A stretch of 64,000 nucleotides of DNA from Mytilus californianus. Taxonomy: Eukaryota. Below are positions 1 to 13,639 of this stretch, in pieces. The stretch spans positions 71,548,001-71,612,000 of the forward strand of contig NW_026262668.1 in the NCBI RefSeq assembly GCF_021869535.1, read 5' to 3'. Under the pieces are notes generated by a model that was not told the DNA's origin, searched no databases, and saw only the letters and a program-made list of their open reading frames with translations. The position numbers and the translations under genes are program-made. Numbering within the stretch: the stretch's first letter is position 1; each line of letters starts with the position of its first letter.

Positions 1-2029
1 ATAAGGTCAGAGTTTATGTATAAAAGCGTAAGATAGAGGTTAATTTGGGTACGTTTGTACTTTAAACTTCTTAAAGGCCAAAAGTGGAAAAAAAATATTC
101 AAAATAAATCATTTTAAAACGCTGGCAATGCCGAAAATGACACGAAGCCTTGAACATTAAATTATATCGAGGTACGGAAAGAACGAAGCCTTTTCTGTAA
201 TTCCATTTTTTTTCCCGTGTGACATAAATAACAGACAAAGAACTAGTTCAAAAACAACATACCGGTATTGCTTTATGTTTCATAGTTAATCCATATCAAT
301 GCGGAACCTGTAATTCAGTGGTTGTCGTTTTTTGCTGTATATTATTTTTGTTTTTCTTTATTGTTCTGTACATAGATCAGACCGTTAGTTTTCTCGTTTG
401 AATTGCTTTACATTTATCATTTCGGGCTATGCGGTATGGGTTTTTCTTTTTGTTGAAGACTTGTTAACTTCTGTGTCATGTGGTCTCTGGTGGAGAGTTG
501 CATCATTGGCAATCATACCACATCTTCTTATTTTATAATGAAGGCATCTAGATATGAGATTGCGTAACAATTATTTCACTTTCGTCTGTTTTTATAGCTG
601 TTTAATCGTATTAAGTTCCAATGTGAACCTATTTTGAAATTAATAGATACACATAAATCAGTTGGTAATTCAGTGGTCGTTTATTGCTTTATATTATCAT
701 AAATTAGGCCGTTAGTATTCTCGTTTGAACTGTTTTTCATTTAACATTTCGGGGCCTTCTATAACTGGCTGTGCGGTATGGTTTTTGCTTATTATTGAAA
801 GCCGTACGGTGACACATAGTTGTTTACGGCTACGTCATTTGGTCTCTGGTGGAGAGTTGTCCAATTGGAAATCACACCACATCTATCTTTTTCTAAATTA
901 TGAAATCTTTCTAATTTTGACACAGAATAGATTTTATAATATTTAACCTACAACTGCCATTCCAAAGGTTAATAAAAGTCCACAAAACGGTTATTGTCCC
1001 CCAAAAAGTCAAAATGGTGCACGCCCTCAGAAAATGTTTTCTAGTGTTATCACATGCCCTGAACATTGCACTATCATTGTTTTGTTGTACATACTTATTG
1101 TCTCTGTAATTAGTCAATGAGAATATAATTTCAATCATTCATCCTAAATTAATATTGTTTTACTCTTGGATTCTCAAAATGTGAACAAAGCCCTAAAAAA
1201 TTATTGAGAATACTGAATACTGAATACAAATTCTAATGTAATTATTTCAAAGCAGATATAGCCAAAAAATCAACACACCCACTGCAGATATTATGTTTCT
1301 TTCTCGTATAAAACTGCTTTACAGCCGGCTGTAATATTTGATATCAAGTAGGATTTCTATGCCGTATTCTCCGTGCTTCATGAAAGAGCACTGTTTTTGG
1401 AAAGACATCAGAATACACGATACGAACATTCCTAGAGCAGTCAAAATCATATAACCAATTCGATCCTTTAAAATGGGTTTACTACAAATGAGTTTTACTG
1501 GACAATGGTCAATTCGTTTTAATTTCACTTGAAATGAATGTACAGGTACAGTTATAGCTCATAACAAAAGGCAATACCTGTTCTTTACTACTTTGACAAG
1601 ACGAAAACAAACTCGAATGCTGAGGCCGGTGAACAATATATATTAAATCTGAGCATGCAAATCAAAGAGTTTGCTATATACATTTTATGTAGTACATTAC
1701 ATGAAGAAAAAATGTAAACATGAGATTCCGAGATACACTCAATACAAAATGACACTTTTCAACCAAATTCCACGTGTTCTTATGTGATACTAAGTAGGCA
1801 TAGTTAACTCGTAGTAGTCCACAATGCATTGTGGTTTATTGTGTCGATTGGTAAATTTCTCAGGGTCATGTTTACATTGCATATTTTGGATATTACTATG
1901 CAAACACTGTAATAAGATCTTTGAATATTGTTTTTATTGGTATACATATTGATTTTGTTTTCAGAAAATTAAAACCAAACTAAATATTATTGTAATTTAC
2001 ATATGCACATTCACGGTTCTACAATCTGT

Positions 2030-2657
2030 CGATACTTGTATCTTGGCATTGCACTAGGACATGTTTTTCTCTGACTGTTAATGACGTCTTTACACTAAAT
2101 CCATTGGATGTTGGATGTGTACTGATTAATATTTTAGTCTTAGATACATCTGCATACTCTCAGATCAGTACAAAGTGTCTTTTTTGTTGTCGGGATGGAT
2201 AAATACCCTGCCATCTTTTGTTAGATCTGTTTTTTCTGCTTTGTATCGATCTGATGAGTTAAGCCCTTTTCAACTGATTTATTATATTTTGTTCTTATGT
2301 TGTACTGTTACACCACTGTCCCAGTTAGGGGGGGGGGGGGGGAGTTGGCGCCAACAAATTAGTTAAACCCAGCCATATTCTGTTTGTACCTGTCTTTAGT
2401 CGGGAACCTGTAATTCAGTGGTTGTCGTTTGTTGCTGTATATTATATTTGGTTTCGTTCATTGTTTTGTATATACATCAGGTTTTCTCGTTTGAATTGTT
2501 TTCCATTTGTCAGTTCGTGGCCTTTTATAGCTGACTATGTGGTATGGGTTTTGCTCATTGTTGAAGGCCGTATGGTGACCTATAGTTGTTAACTTCTATG
2601 TCATTTGGTGGAGAGTAGTCTCATTGGCAATCATACCACATCTTCTTATTTTATATT
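2030..2657 (+). repeat. Long copy of a dispersed repeat ending ggagagttgtctcattggcaatcataccacatcttctt. Other copies at ~285-537, 660-900, 19835-19990(-), 20455-20650(-), 23575-23710, 23878-24190(-), 25290-25540(-), 27598-27785, 37160-37380(-), 54940-55262
   Basis: Common 3' terminus with variable 5' truncation, at least 11 copies visible. Confidence 0.85.
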
Positions 2658-2764
2658 AAATGTATTCAGACGTCAGAATTCCAGTGATTTTGAAGTATTA
2701 ATTAACAACTACAGTGAGTGACTGTGATTTCACATTGGATTAGTTACAGACTTGCTGACCTTAC

Positions 2765-5700
2765 CGTTAGGTGTGAGTGTCAGTAGGGCACCATTAGTAG
2801 GTATAGAGCTGTAAGGCTGATTCGCATCACATCGTTTTTGTGCATAACTAACTTGTACATCTCCTGACGACACACCCTGAACAGCCTTTTGTGGAAAAAA
2901 AATTAACATACATAAAGTTTTAAACGTGAAGAATGTAATTGAGTTGAAAATAACAGTTATCATTCAAATGAATTTATTATTTCAGTACATGATAATTGCA
3001 AAATAATTTATGAAAATGAAATATTTTTTTCTGGATAGATTATCGTCCTGTTAAAATGACACCCCTAGAAAAACATATAGAGAATCAATACTAGTTATAG
3101 AATGATAAATACTATGTCTTTCTATCCCTTTTTTAACGACGAAAAGACTACCAAGTCCACAAAATTCTACATAGTCTACATAGAAAACTAAATATTGAGC
3201 AACACGAACCCCACAAAAAAACCGATGGTGATCTCAAGTGTCTCTGAAAGGGAAAGCAGATCTTGCTCAATTCTGCATTTTATCTTGAACGGATACATTA
3301 TTTAGTTCTTTGGTCGTGCAGAAGCTTATTTTCTACTTCTTTGATCGTGCAGATGCTTATTTTCTATTTCTTTTTTACAATTTTTCCCCTTCTTCTCATT
3401 TCAACTGGTGTACATGAAATTGATACATGTCGTATTTAAGCTATTATAACCTTACGTACAGCGCATGTAAATCTAAAAGTTGTTAACCCATTTACACTGG
3501 TATCAAAATTATACAACGATGTGTACAGAGTGCCTGAGCCATCATCTATAGTGGCAACACAGCCAATTCTTCCTTCAGCTGCAAAAGTATATGAACATTA
3601 CTTAACATTTAATGAAAACATCTATTTAAAAGAATTGTGAATAAGGGATAGGTATGACTACAAATGAGTAAAAATCCTTTTGGCAGTTGATTATTTGCAT
3701 AAATACAGTATTTGAGTTTTTTGTTTGTTTTTGTCTTTTGGGTTTTTTTTTAACAAATATTTCACTGTAACATTTGTTTTTGTTTTGTTTGTTTGTTTTT
3801 CTTTCTTCTTTTTTGAGAAAGGGGGGTATGGTCATATAAGTAAGTTTAATAAACGTGGAGAACAAATATCAGACTTAAACTTTATTTAGATTGTAATGTC
3901 CTTTCATTCGAACGCGACTGATGAGTATTGCGTAGACGAAACGCACTTCTTGCGTATCAAACTTTAAGACTGGTATCTTCGAGAAAAAACGATAAGGAGA
4001 TCAGTAAAAGTGAGAGTTTCTACATCATGCATGATAGTTTTTCTGAATTATTGTTTTTTTACTTACACGAGTATGCAATAGACTCAACACATTTTGTATA
4101 ATCAAAATTCATCTCTTGTTGTCCAGGACAGGCAGATACAAAACTGTTTGTAGTGCACTTGTCTCCACTTCCTTCATTGAAGATGTAGGTAAAATTTCTG
4201 TGTAGAGGGTATGGACAATCGGTCAAAGCATTTTCTTCTGACCCTTTTATAATATAATTAAGGAATTAATTTCTCAAAAGTGTAGGCAACAAAAGTGTTG
4301 ATGTCAGATGCACAGTTCACACTAACGAAAGTTATAATATTAAAAACGATTACCATTATTTCCTCAGCAGAAAATAATCTATTTAAAGAGCTATGACTGT
4401 ATAAACTGGTCAAAATCAAATTTAGAACACCATCTTAATAATTGACACTTTGAGTTATGTCTCAAAACTGTTTTAAACTTTCCCATTTGTACTGAATATG
4501 AACTCATTTATCCATTTTTTTTTAATTCCACAGTTCAACCTTATCCCCCCTAACTATACATGTTCCTTTTCCCAATCCAGATGCATCGTTAGTGGTTGTC
4601 TTTAGATGTACAATGTATATTAACTACTTTTGTTTTGTTTTGTTCTTTTAATTCTTCTTTGCCTTTTTTCGATGATGGTTTTCTTTCATATAGGATAGTC
4701 GATACTGATGGCAGATCTTTGATTGATCTGTTAAATTTATACAAAACTTCTCCAGACTTTGGTCAATTTAGTGCTTAACATATAGTCTTTTGGTTAAGGT
4801 CGTATGTTGACCTCTAGACGTCTTTTTGACTTATTTGTCGTTGGGTTGCTGTCTCATTAACATAAACATAGCATCTCCTTTTATTTCTTTAATATTTCTA
4901 TTAGTTTAGGAGTACTTAGTAAATTGTAAATGATGTTTCAATATTCAATTGGTATGATATAGTAATACTTGTTGCCACGCATCACGGTGCAAAGCTTCTA
5001 TTAGTTTCAGTCGATATACACGCCATTTTGAAATTATTACCAAACAACTGTTACAACTAGTTTTGATCAGTTGCTTATTAGTGTGGCTAAGATGATATGG
5101 GCTTGGATGAGTTATAAATTGGGAATACGTCATGAAAGGGAGAAGAAATTATATACAGTCTGACAGTATGTGTATTGCTATAAGATCACATATTGTTGGA
5201 TAAGCGCTCATAGTCAAAATTTGATACATTTATTATTACCCATTTCATTTGCTTTAATCTGTATAACACGGTTAGTTTTGTTCACATTATTTCCCATGAA
5301 TGATGCGTATGGTGTTAATATCATATCATTAGTCATTACATATAATTAATAGGGTCTGGATGAGATGGGTCTTCATTTCTTTTTTCTTTAATATTTTAGA
5401 CCTATTGTCTCTATTTTTTATTTGTTTTGCCTTTTATTTTGCATGTTTTGTCCATTGTTCTCTATTCTGTAAACCACATCCAGACCCTCATAAAACAAAC
5501 GTTTTTAAGCTCTGTTCACTTATGCTTTCACTCGATGCTGACCGATATGTAATAAAAAGATATTTATTTGTTAAAATATCACATTATACAATTTAGAATG
5601 TTGGGGTCTAAATCAGCACTTTACAACAAAACAACTAACACAAAAACCACAAAAACAAAAGCTGACGTTAAGGATGTTCGCTACTCTGTTTCAAAATAAC

Positions 5701-7611
5701 AAGCTTTTTAAAAGACTGTTATAAATTGAACGTATATGAATTAAAGAACTAAAAAAGCAGGAAAAAATGAAGGGTCGGTGTGCTTGTTTTCAAGATCTAA
5801 ACCATTGAATATTTGGCGGGAAGTGATTCTCTCTAGATTTTTCATACATTTAACATTGGCACCTTTTTTCTTTTAAAAACTATGAAAATACAACAAGGAT
5901 TTTATAAGATTTTCAATACGGCTTTTTAAACTATATGTAATAAAAATATAAAAAGAAGGGGTTTGCGGGAAAAAATGTTTTAATGGCACTACATGGATAA
6001 AACCAGAGCATTCTGAATATCTTGCAAAAATTCAAAAACAAGAGGAGCGAACATTTGATACTGCGAAGCACTCCATACCTTTTCGAAAAGTTAAACTTGT
6101 AAATAATTACTATACCTATGTTAACCATGCTAATGAATTCAGCGGTAGATGGCGTTTCTGTACATAATGCTGCAGCAGGATTCCCGGGCGTTGCTGTGGC
6201 AGCATAAACAGTTATACGTTCGTTAGAAAACTGGTTATTTGTAGCTAAAATGAAAAATCAGTATAAACTAAATCAGATTTATATTTTGGCTTTTATGTAA
6301 ACATAGAGAAATCACAGATGTAATTTTAATTGTATTTAAAAAGAAATATCAGCTTTTACTTTCTAGTATTCATATGACATATTTGCAACTAGATATTAAA
6401 CAACCAAGAGTCAAAACAATATTAATGAAATGTCTTTCCTTTCTTTTTATCATTATTGCAAGATCTAGTGGTTAAATTAAGTTATTCATTTTTACTTTTG
6501 AAAAAAAGCATTGATCGGTGGATAGTTGTTTATCATCCAGTAACAAATATCACATGCATATTCAGGACAAGAAAATTTTAATTTGATATGAATATAAACT
6601 CTGCTTTGTACTAAACCCTCCAACACTTTGTCTTCGAGTCGACCAGCATTTGGTCTTATTCCTAATATCACGTGCTTGGCGAAGAAGTAGCACATACTTT
6701 ATTTTTTCAAATCTTTGGATTAACTCGACTGGAGTTCGAACCCTCAATCTCTCAAGGAGATTCAATAGTTTGATTGACGTTAAGAAAAACAACTGCAGAG
6801 TATGTTTTATCCTCCTTTTCTTATTGTCGTATTTTGATTGATCATTAATATTAGATGCATACAGAAGAACAATTTAGTTAAAGGATTACTTTGGCGAAAG
6901 TTCATACTTACGTGAGTGCATATAAAAATAATAACTGTTGGAATTTTCTGCTTGAACATTCATACAGATATAAGCGTACGATGGCGTAGAAAAAAAAGGA
7001 AAAAGTTCCGACCTGTAATTAGAAAGTAAATGTTCTAAAGCTGAACAAAATGTGCTACTTACCTTGAAAAGGAAAATTTATTGACTTAACTTTTTATATA
7101 AATATAATGTTCCGTTAAACTTTTTGACATTATAAAAATCGTTTTATTTTATTATTTCAATAAGAACTCGCCAGCTGGCTTTATCAGCTGAAGTGTTTTA
7201 TTTTATTATTTCAATAAGAGCTCGCCAGCTGGCTTTATCAGCTGAAGCGTTTTATTTTATTATTTCAATAAATGCTCGCCAGCTGGCTTTATCATCTGAA
7301 GCGTTTTATTTTATTATTTCAATAAGAGCTCGCCAGCTGGCTTGATCAGATGAAGCGTTTTATTTTATTATTTCAATAAGAGCTCGCCAGCTGGCTTTAT
7401 CAGCTGAAGCGTTTTACTTTGTATTATACTTACTGCAATATAATATATGGAGATGTAGCATCATTAAAACATGTCCAGTCGGTAGACGATTGACTATTTA
7501 TCTGGAAAGCATGTTCTCCCAAAGTTAGTGTAGTACTGGTTATGGTGATTGTTCCAAATGCATTACTATTCCATGTACCAATGAGACCACTGTCAAATGT
7601 ACATCCGTTTA
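2765..7611 (-). CDS. Paralog P1, Cys-rich ectodomain membrane-protein family, partial. Exons 7611-7434, 7012-6912, 6244-6116, 4243-4067, 3578-3460, 2885-2765; downstream exons not found in window
   Basis: Six AG/GT-bounded exons splice in frame (phases 1,2,1,1,1,0,1): VNGCTFDSGLIGTWNS...WTCF...AYICM...LCTETPSTAEFISMV...DCPYPLHRNFTY...GRIGCVA...RFTCAAVQ...LLTLTPN. They align exon-for-exon with P2 and P3. Confidence 0.88.
3911..3955 (+). ncRNA. Degenerate hammerhead motif, subfamily i. Further decayed copies at 25790-25833(-), 38486-38535(+), 46985-47030(+), 49997-50042(-)
   Basis: CTGATGA-gta[ttgcgta]gac-GAAA-cgcact-TC; the other copies keep gtc-ttaYgta-gac and/or cgcgcg but carry core substitutions. 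Confidence 0.55.
7141..7416. repeat. 54-bp minisatellite, 5 copies, in P1 intron 2
   Basis: Unit gttttattttattatttcaataagagctcgccagctggctttatcagctgaagc. Confidence 0.95.
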
Positions 7612-9409
7612 CTGAATTACAAACACAATTATTATCTACATTATTAATTTTTTTTGGACTGATTTTTGACTACAACTATTGATGATACAAAATGACATGT
7701 AGTTAGGTAATTTTTGTATAAAAAAAAGAGGAAAAGAGCAAAAAACATGAATGTATATTCTCTATAAAGCAGTTCACACTTTCTAAATATACAATTATCG
7801 AATGATGTCCGTTTTGAGAACTTATATAGAAGAATCTTTCATGGTAATGTTCATACCAAAATGTATGATAAGCGGTACGAAGTTTCTTTTTTTTTCTTTG
7901 TTAACATCCCATTCCTTAATGGTGTGTTCCGTTCGCTCCTTCTTATTGAATGTACAGTCCTTAGTTAGTTGTAAAGGTGCGTGTTTATACTATGTTTCGT
8001 GTTTTAATAAACGTTATATTTTCATTAGTGAAAATTATCAAAGCTGGTGAATAGCTAATACAAACTGATCATAATGTTAAATATAGAGATATATTGATGA
8101 GGTATGATTCCGCTTGCAGGATATAGCTTGGTATGTCATATAATGCTTTAAACGTAAATTTTACTTATAAAGCCATCTACTAAAGGAATTTTGCACCAAA
8201 TCTTTCTTTTTGGCTAAAAAGTCTTATTGATAAAGGAAAAGTTATGATGTTCAATCAATGCGTCTGTTTTTTAAGAGGTGAACACTATTAATTTGGCCAA
8301 TTTATAGTTTGAAGCAAGATTAAAAAGTTTTTTTCCTGCTTTGAAATTCTGTACAGTTTAATCTAAGCATGGTACTAGGTCGCGTCTTCCTGTGCATTGT
8401 ATGTCGTTGATGTATGGTGTGAAGTCCTCTATAAAGTTCTAGTCACCAATATTAAAGTATGAGACGGAATGCAGGTCAAGTACGTTGGTCTTTGTTTTCA
8501 GTAAATGCAAGCATTCTTTGAAATGGTATAGAATTGTTTTGTTTGTACTTGTGTTTTTCTTATCTATTATATCGGTATTTTCGAGTTGAGGGCTTTTCCC
8601 ATACTGATCTTTATTGCATGTTTTAATGTAACTCTTGTCAGTCCACTTATTGAGAATAAAATAGGGCGAGTTGATATAAAAATATAGTTCAGATGTTCAT
8701 GTGCCTATTCTAAATCGGGAATTTCGTTTCGTTGGTGGTGGTCTTTTTTCATATCTTAATATGTTTTTGTCATTTACGCGAGGTGACCTATATAATTGTT
8801 TTTTCAAACTTATAATTGTAATATTTCATATCTAAAATATGAGAAATTTCTATCATTTATTTCTTATTGAAAATACAACCGGTAGCGAAAAAGGTGTAAT
8901 TCTCCCTATATATCTATAAAAAAATAGGCTGGAAAAATAAGCTCATAATTCTCTTTCCAATACACCATTAAATATTTAGGGCGCAACACAGTATTCAGAA
9001 TTAAGAGTATAGCTTATCCTGATTTGTCGTTTTGTGCAGCCGATATTTATTATTACTAGATACTCCATGCACTCTGCATTATACTAAGGGCAAAAAAATC
9101 CTAAAAGGAACTAAGAAGTCTTTTCTACGCTGTTACAAGACAAGTATATATAAGAACAGAATTTATAGACAAGGCCAAGGGAGAAAAGTAGAAATTGCGT
9201 TAAGAAAAGCAAGGGAACCTACATGTTTTTACTAAAACTTGCTGTCCTAAAATTGTTTCTTTAATTCTAGCTAGATTTCGTTCTAAAGATCAACTTTTCA
9301 AAGTCTGTATCTCGGAAAAGACTACTTTTGTCGTCTATGTAGAATATAATGGTATTTTGCAATCTTAAATAGCCGGTGACCCAAATTTTGTTCTATATTG
9401 TCAATGTAC

Positions 9410-9473
9410 ATACTGTAAGGATCAACTGTACAAAGTTTAAGAAAATGCTATACCTTTTATTTTCTAACCCCAT
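9410..9473 (-). CDS. Tentative first coding (signal peptide) exon of P1, MGLENKRYSIFLNFVQLILTV
   Basis: ATG plus a hydrophobic run. The phase-1 donor GTACAT at 9409 fits exon 2, but a stronger GTATGT donor 4 nt earlier is phase 0. A CACCTGGTG motif lies upstream, as for P2/P3. Confidence 0.35.
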
Positions 9474-10559
9474 ATCACCTTAAGGTAATTTTGTTGTGAT
9501 GGCAGATCTTTTATCTTATTTGTCTCTGTTAAACTTATTTACCACTTTTCCAAACAGGAATATTTAGATTTATAGATTGACACCAGGTGCTGTCTATTGT
9601 TGAAAACTATATCTTGAATTCAAAATTAATTTATTTAGGTTTTTTTTTTGTGTTGTTGAGATGATGCGTATTTAGTGAACTTTTCTTTCAATGCAGTTAT
9701 GGAATGGCATAAACCTGTTTAACGTTGGACTGTTCTTTCCTTTCTTTGTTGATTGTTTTGTTATACTTTGATTTAAGGAACAGTTTATTTTGCAGCTTTT
9801 GGGAAACTTTGTATTACACAAAAAAAGTTAATTTGTATTTTAATTTTCAAATATCTTCTGTTTGTTTAATATTCCACTCGTAGTTGATTAAATTATGCAT
9901 CTTATCTATAAAACAAGTCTATTAATTAAATACTATACCTACCGGTGGTTGAAAAGACAACAACATACAGTATCGTATGAGATAAACAATTCTTCATTTT
10001 TTGTCCACCATAATTTCCCTTCGGTAAAGATTAGATTTTTCTATTGTTTTAAGGTAAATGGACTGATTAACGACGAAACAAAAGAATTATGTTTTAGCTT
10101 TTACCCCGAGTAAATGAGCAGGAACAATAAACATATGTTACAAATTAAATCGGTTTATCAAATGTCAATAATTAATTAGATCACCGTTAAATAAATATGG
10201 AAGGCACTTTCTTTGTTGAATTAAAATAGAGATCCTTATCAGTAAATACGTTTAGTAATCATGACGTGTCCAATTTGATTTTGAATATCCAATAATGCTA
10301 TCACTAATAGAAACTTATATATATATAAAATTGAAAAATAAGATACGCAATGACACAAAAACAACACGATAATAACTATTAGCACCTTCAACCGGCCTTT
10401 CGGCTCTACAGATAATTACTTATAGTATGTGGCAACGTATGATACTAAAATAGTTATTAACGGGTCCAGCAAAAATGCGACCGATTAATCACGAGGATGA
10501 TATTAAAAAAATTGCAAAGTGTTAAAGGGTCAGGCATATAATCGTATTCAACAGATCAA

Positions 10560-12412
10560 ATATATGGCGAATAGAACGATAACCCTTTGGGAACTTTGAA
10601 ACAGCGACATAGACAGACATAATCATCACAAAAAATGGAATAAAAAAAATTACTATTAGCACTAAACCCACATAAAGCAGCAGGCCCAGACAACTTAACA
10701 CCTAGAGTACTAAAAGAGATGGCATTACAAGTAACACCAATCCTAACAATGATATATAGAAGATCATATGAAACTGAAATAGTACCATCGATATTGAAAA
10801 CAGCAAATGTAAGCCCAGTTTTTAAGAAAGGCAAACGATTTAAATCCATCAGTTATAGACCTGTATCTCTTACCTGCATCTGCTGCAAAATCATGGAGTA
10901 TATAGTCACCTGCCACTTGAATCGTGCAGATAAGAATAACATCCTCTACAAAATGCAGCATGGATTTAGAAAACAATTGTCACGCGAGACACAACTAGTG
11001 GAGTTCATTGACGACATCACAAAGAACCTTGACAATGGACAACAAACAGACTGCCTCATCATAGATTTCTCGAAGGCCTTCGACAAAGTAAGCCACAGTC
11101 TCTTAATCCATAAACTTGATGATTATGGAATCAAAGGAAAAACAAATGCTTGAATAAAAGGTTTTCTTTCTGACAGAACACAGCGCGTTGTCATGGAAGG
11201 GGAGAAGTCTGACATCATAAATGTAGAGTCCGGGGTCACGCAGGGATCAATACTGGGACCAAGCCTCTTCCTTTTCTACACAATGACATGCCGGACAACA
11301 TTTCATTAACGGTGAGGCTATTTGCAGATGACACCATTGCATACCTCACTGTCTCATCAGAAAGCAAAAGTCTACAAAGGACCTGAACAACCTAGCCACG
11401 TGGGTAGAAAAATGGATGATGCAGTTCCATCTCGATAAATGTGTAGTTTTGCCAATCACCAAAAAGAAGGAACCAATACTCAAAAAATACATTCTCCATG
11501 GACACAACTTAGAACATGTATCATTAGCCAAATAGCTGGGAGTCACCATAACATCTGATCTATGAAAAGGTGATCATATAAACAACATCTGTCAAAAAGC
11601 TAACAGGACAATAGGATTCCTTAAACGAAACTTAAATATAGCAAACAGTGAGATCAAGGAAAAAGCATATACAGCTTTACTAAGACGGACAGTTGAATAT
11701 GCAAGTTCGGTATGGGATCCTCACCTACAAAAAGACAAGCATAAACTAGAAATGATACAAAGAAATTTAGCAAGGTACGTAACAAACATGTACCACAACA
11801 CATCATCAGTTGAATCTATGCTACAAAAACTACAATGGCCAACACTAGAATGGAGAAGAAAGAACGCTAGACTCACCCTCTTATACAAAATTTCAAATGA
11901 GGAAGTAAAGATTGATGCTGGCGACAAACTGACACCACCAGATAGATTATCAAGACATACCAAAATTCACTCTTTCCATATACCATCTTGCAAGACTAGC
12001 ATCAGGAAAGAATCTTTCTACCAAAGACCGATAAGAGATTGGAGCATCTTACCTGTCTCGGTGACCGCGGCAGAAAGTCTTGACTCGTTCAAGAGATTAC
12101 TGCATGCATATTAAATTTCAATTTACCATGTATAAATGTTATGTACAGCACAAATCTCATTTTTCTTTTCTGTTAAAATTATTTTGGACTTGTAAGTATG
12201 CAAAAAAGTAAAATAACAAAAATATCGAACTCCGAGGAAAATTCAAAACGGAAACTCCCTAATCAAATGGCAAAAACAAAAGCTCAAACACACCAAAAGA
12301 ATGGATAACAACTGTCATATTCCTGACTTGGTACAGGCGGGCACACCAAACAGTGACAGGAAAGTCAATCTAATGACGGTGGTCACTTAGTGGTAGAAGT
12401 AGAAGTAGAAGA
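10560..12412 (+). mobile_element. 5'-truncated, decayed CR1/L2-group non-LTR retrotransposon (RT pseudogene plus 3' UTR)
   Basis: LNPHKAAGPD, YRPVSLT, QHGFR, DFSKAFDKV, GVTQGSILGP, LFADD, EYASSVWDPH and RRKNARLTLLYKI motifs across frames; stops (e.g. 11151) and frameshifts; (TAGAAG)n-like tail at 12394-12412. Confidence 0.93.
12202..12338 (-). repeat. Dispersed repeat inserted in the LINE 3' UTR; same family at 32618-32800(-) and 44925-45097(+)
   Basis: Shared aaagtaaaataacaaaaat...ggaaaattcaaaacggaaa...caactgtcatattcctgacttggtacaggc. Confidence 0.8.
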
Positions 12413-13639
12413 GGCCTTATTTACGCTGGTGTAGGAAAATTGGCCTTACTGTGATCTGTTCTCTGTGACAAAGAAATCTAACAAATATTGTCATATATAG
12501 TCCGACATTCGCTATGTAAGATACAGAAAAAGATGCAACCATCTAGACAACCACAGGGTACATCAAAATATATGTAAGATAACTTAGCAGGAAATAACAC
12601 CAAAATAGGACACATTATTCGGGTAGCCTGCATAATGATTTAAATAAACAAACTGGCTGAAATCGAGAAAATGAAGTACATGAAAGAAGTTATCTCTAGA
12701 ATAAATACGCCATAACTATAAAAATATAATCTTATAATAACATCATCATTAAGATATGATATAAAATAGAAAATATTGAAAAATTGAGACCAAAACTAAA
12801 TTGATTGTTCCCAGTCCTAACACAACGGAAGTAAGTACAGGGAAATGAAACAATTTGAGTCTGAGTATTAATCTTATACTGTGTTCTTTATTGCTGGAAG
12901 CAAGTTTCAAGATAAAGAATAGCAATAAAAGCATATCTGTTCAATTCAAACATGTCTGATCGATCTATATGAGTATTGAAATAAGTTGTGGTATTATTAC
13001 CAACTCGATAGCTAATGTTGATAGGATGTCCAGCCCGCTCAGTTTTAAAACCTGTACTTTTACTGTTCACAATAGTCTATATGGGATCTATTGTAAATCA
13101 GAACTTTTACCTTACAAACTTTTCCCTTGGTATTCAGAGGCAATGCCCCCTTCTCAATGTCAATCAGTCAGATTCCACCATTTAATGCATTGTCAAATTA
13201 ATCTCATCCTGAATAAGCATGACATAGATTACACAAATAAAGTTTAATTGTTATAGTGTTCCTTCCATTTAATGAAGTTACACGTATGTTAACACAGTCA
13301 CCAGTTTCGCTATACTTCTAAGAAAGGTTACTATTATTACTATATTTCAGTTACGCTTCGTGGCCAATTTTTCTGGGATGATGTTTTCATTAGATGGATA
13401 TAACTTCGTCTGATATAAATTTTTTTCCTAAAGGAATAAGTTCTTATACTCAGCATTTTGTTTTACGCAAGAGAGAATAATTCAATGGAGGAAAAAACTA
13501 TATTTATTAGTTTGATAGTCTTCCATTTCAAATGTGGTTACAGCGTTACGTAAATCCGCCTCCCCATATTTTTAGGCTTATTTAAAGTTCATTAACTACA
13601 AAAGGCTTCAATTCAGAACCGGATAGATAACCCTGATTT

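Noticed and set aside
1319-1528. 69-aa ORF, possibly a transposase or a P1 downstream exon
   Set aside because: No motif, TM helix or Cys microexon match. A faint hammerhead-like trace at about 1370-1420 is too decayed to call.
2251-2290. CTGATGA here and at 57186 as hammerheads
   Set aside because: No GAAA after a stem II and no stem I/III pairing
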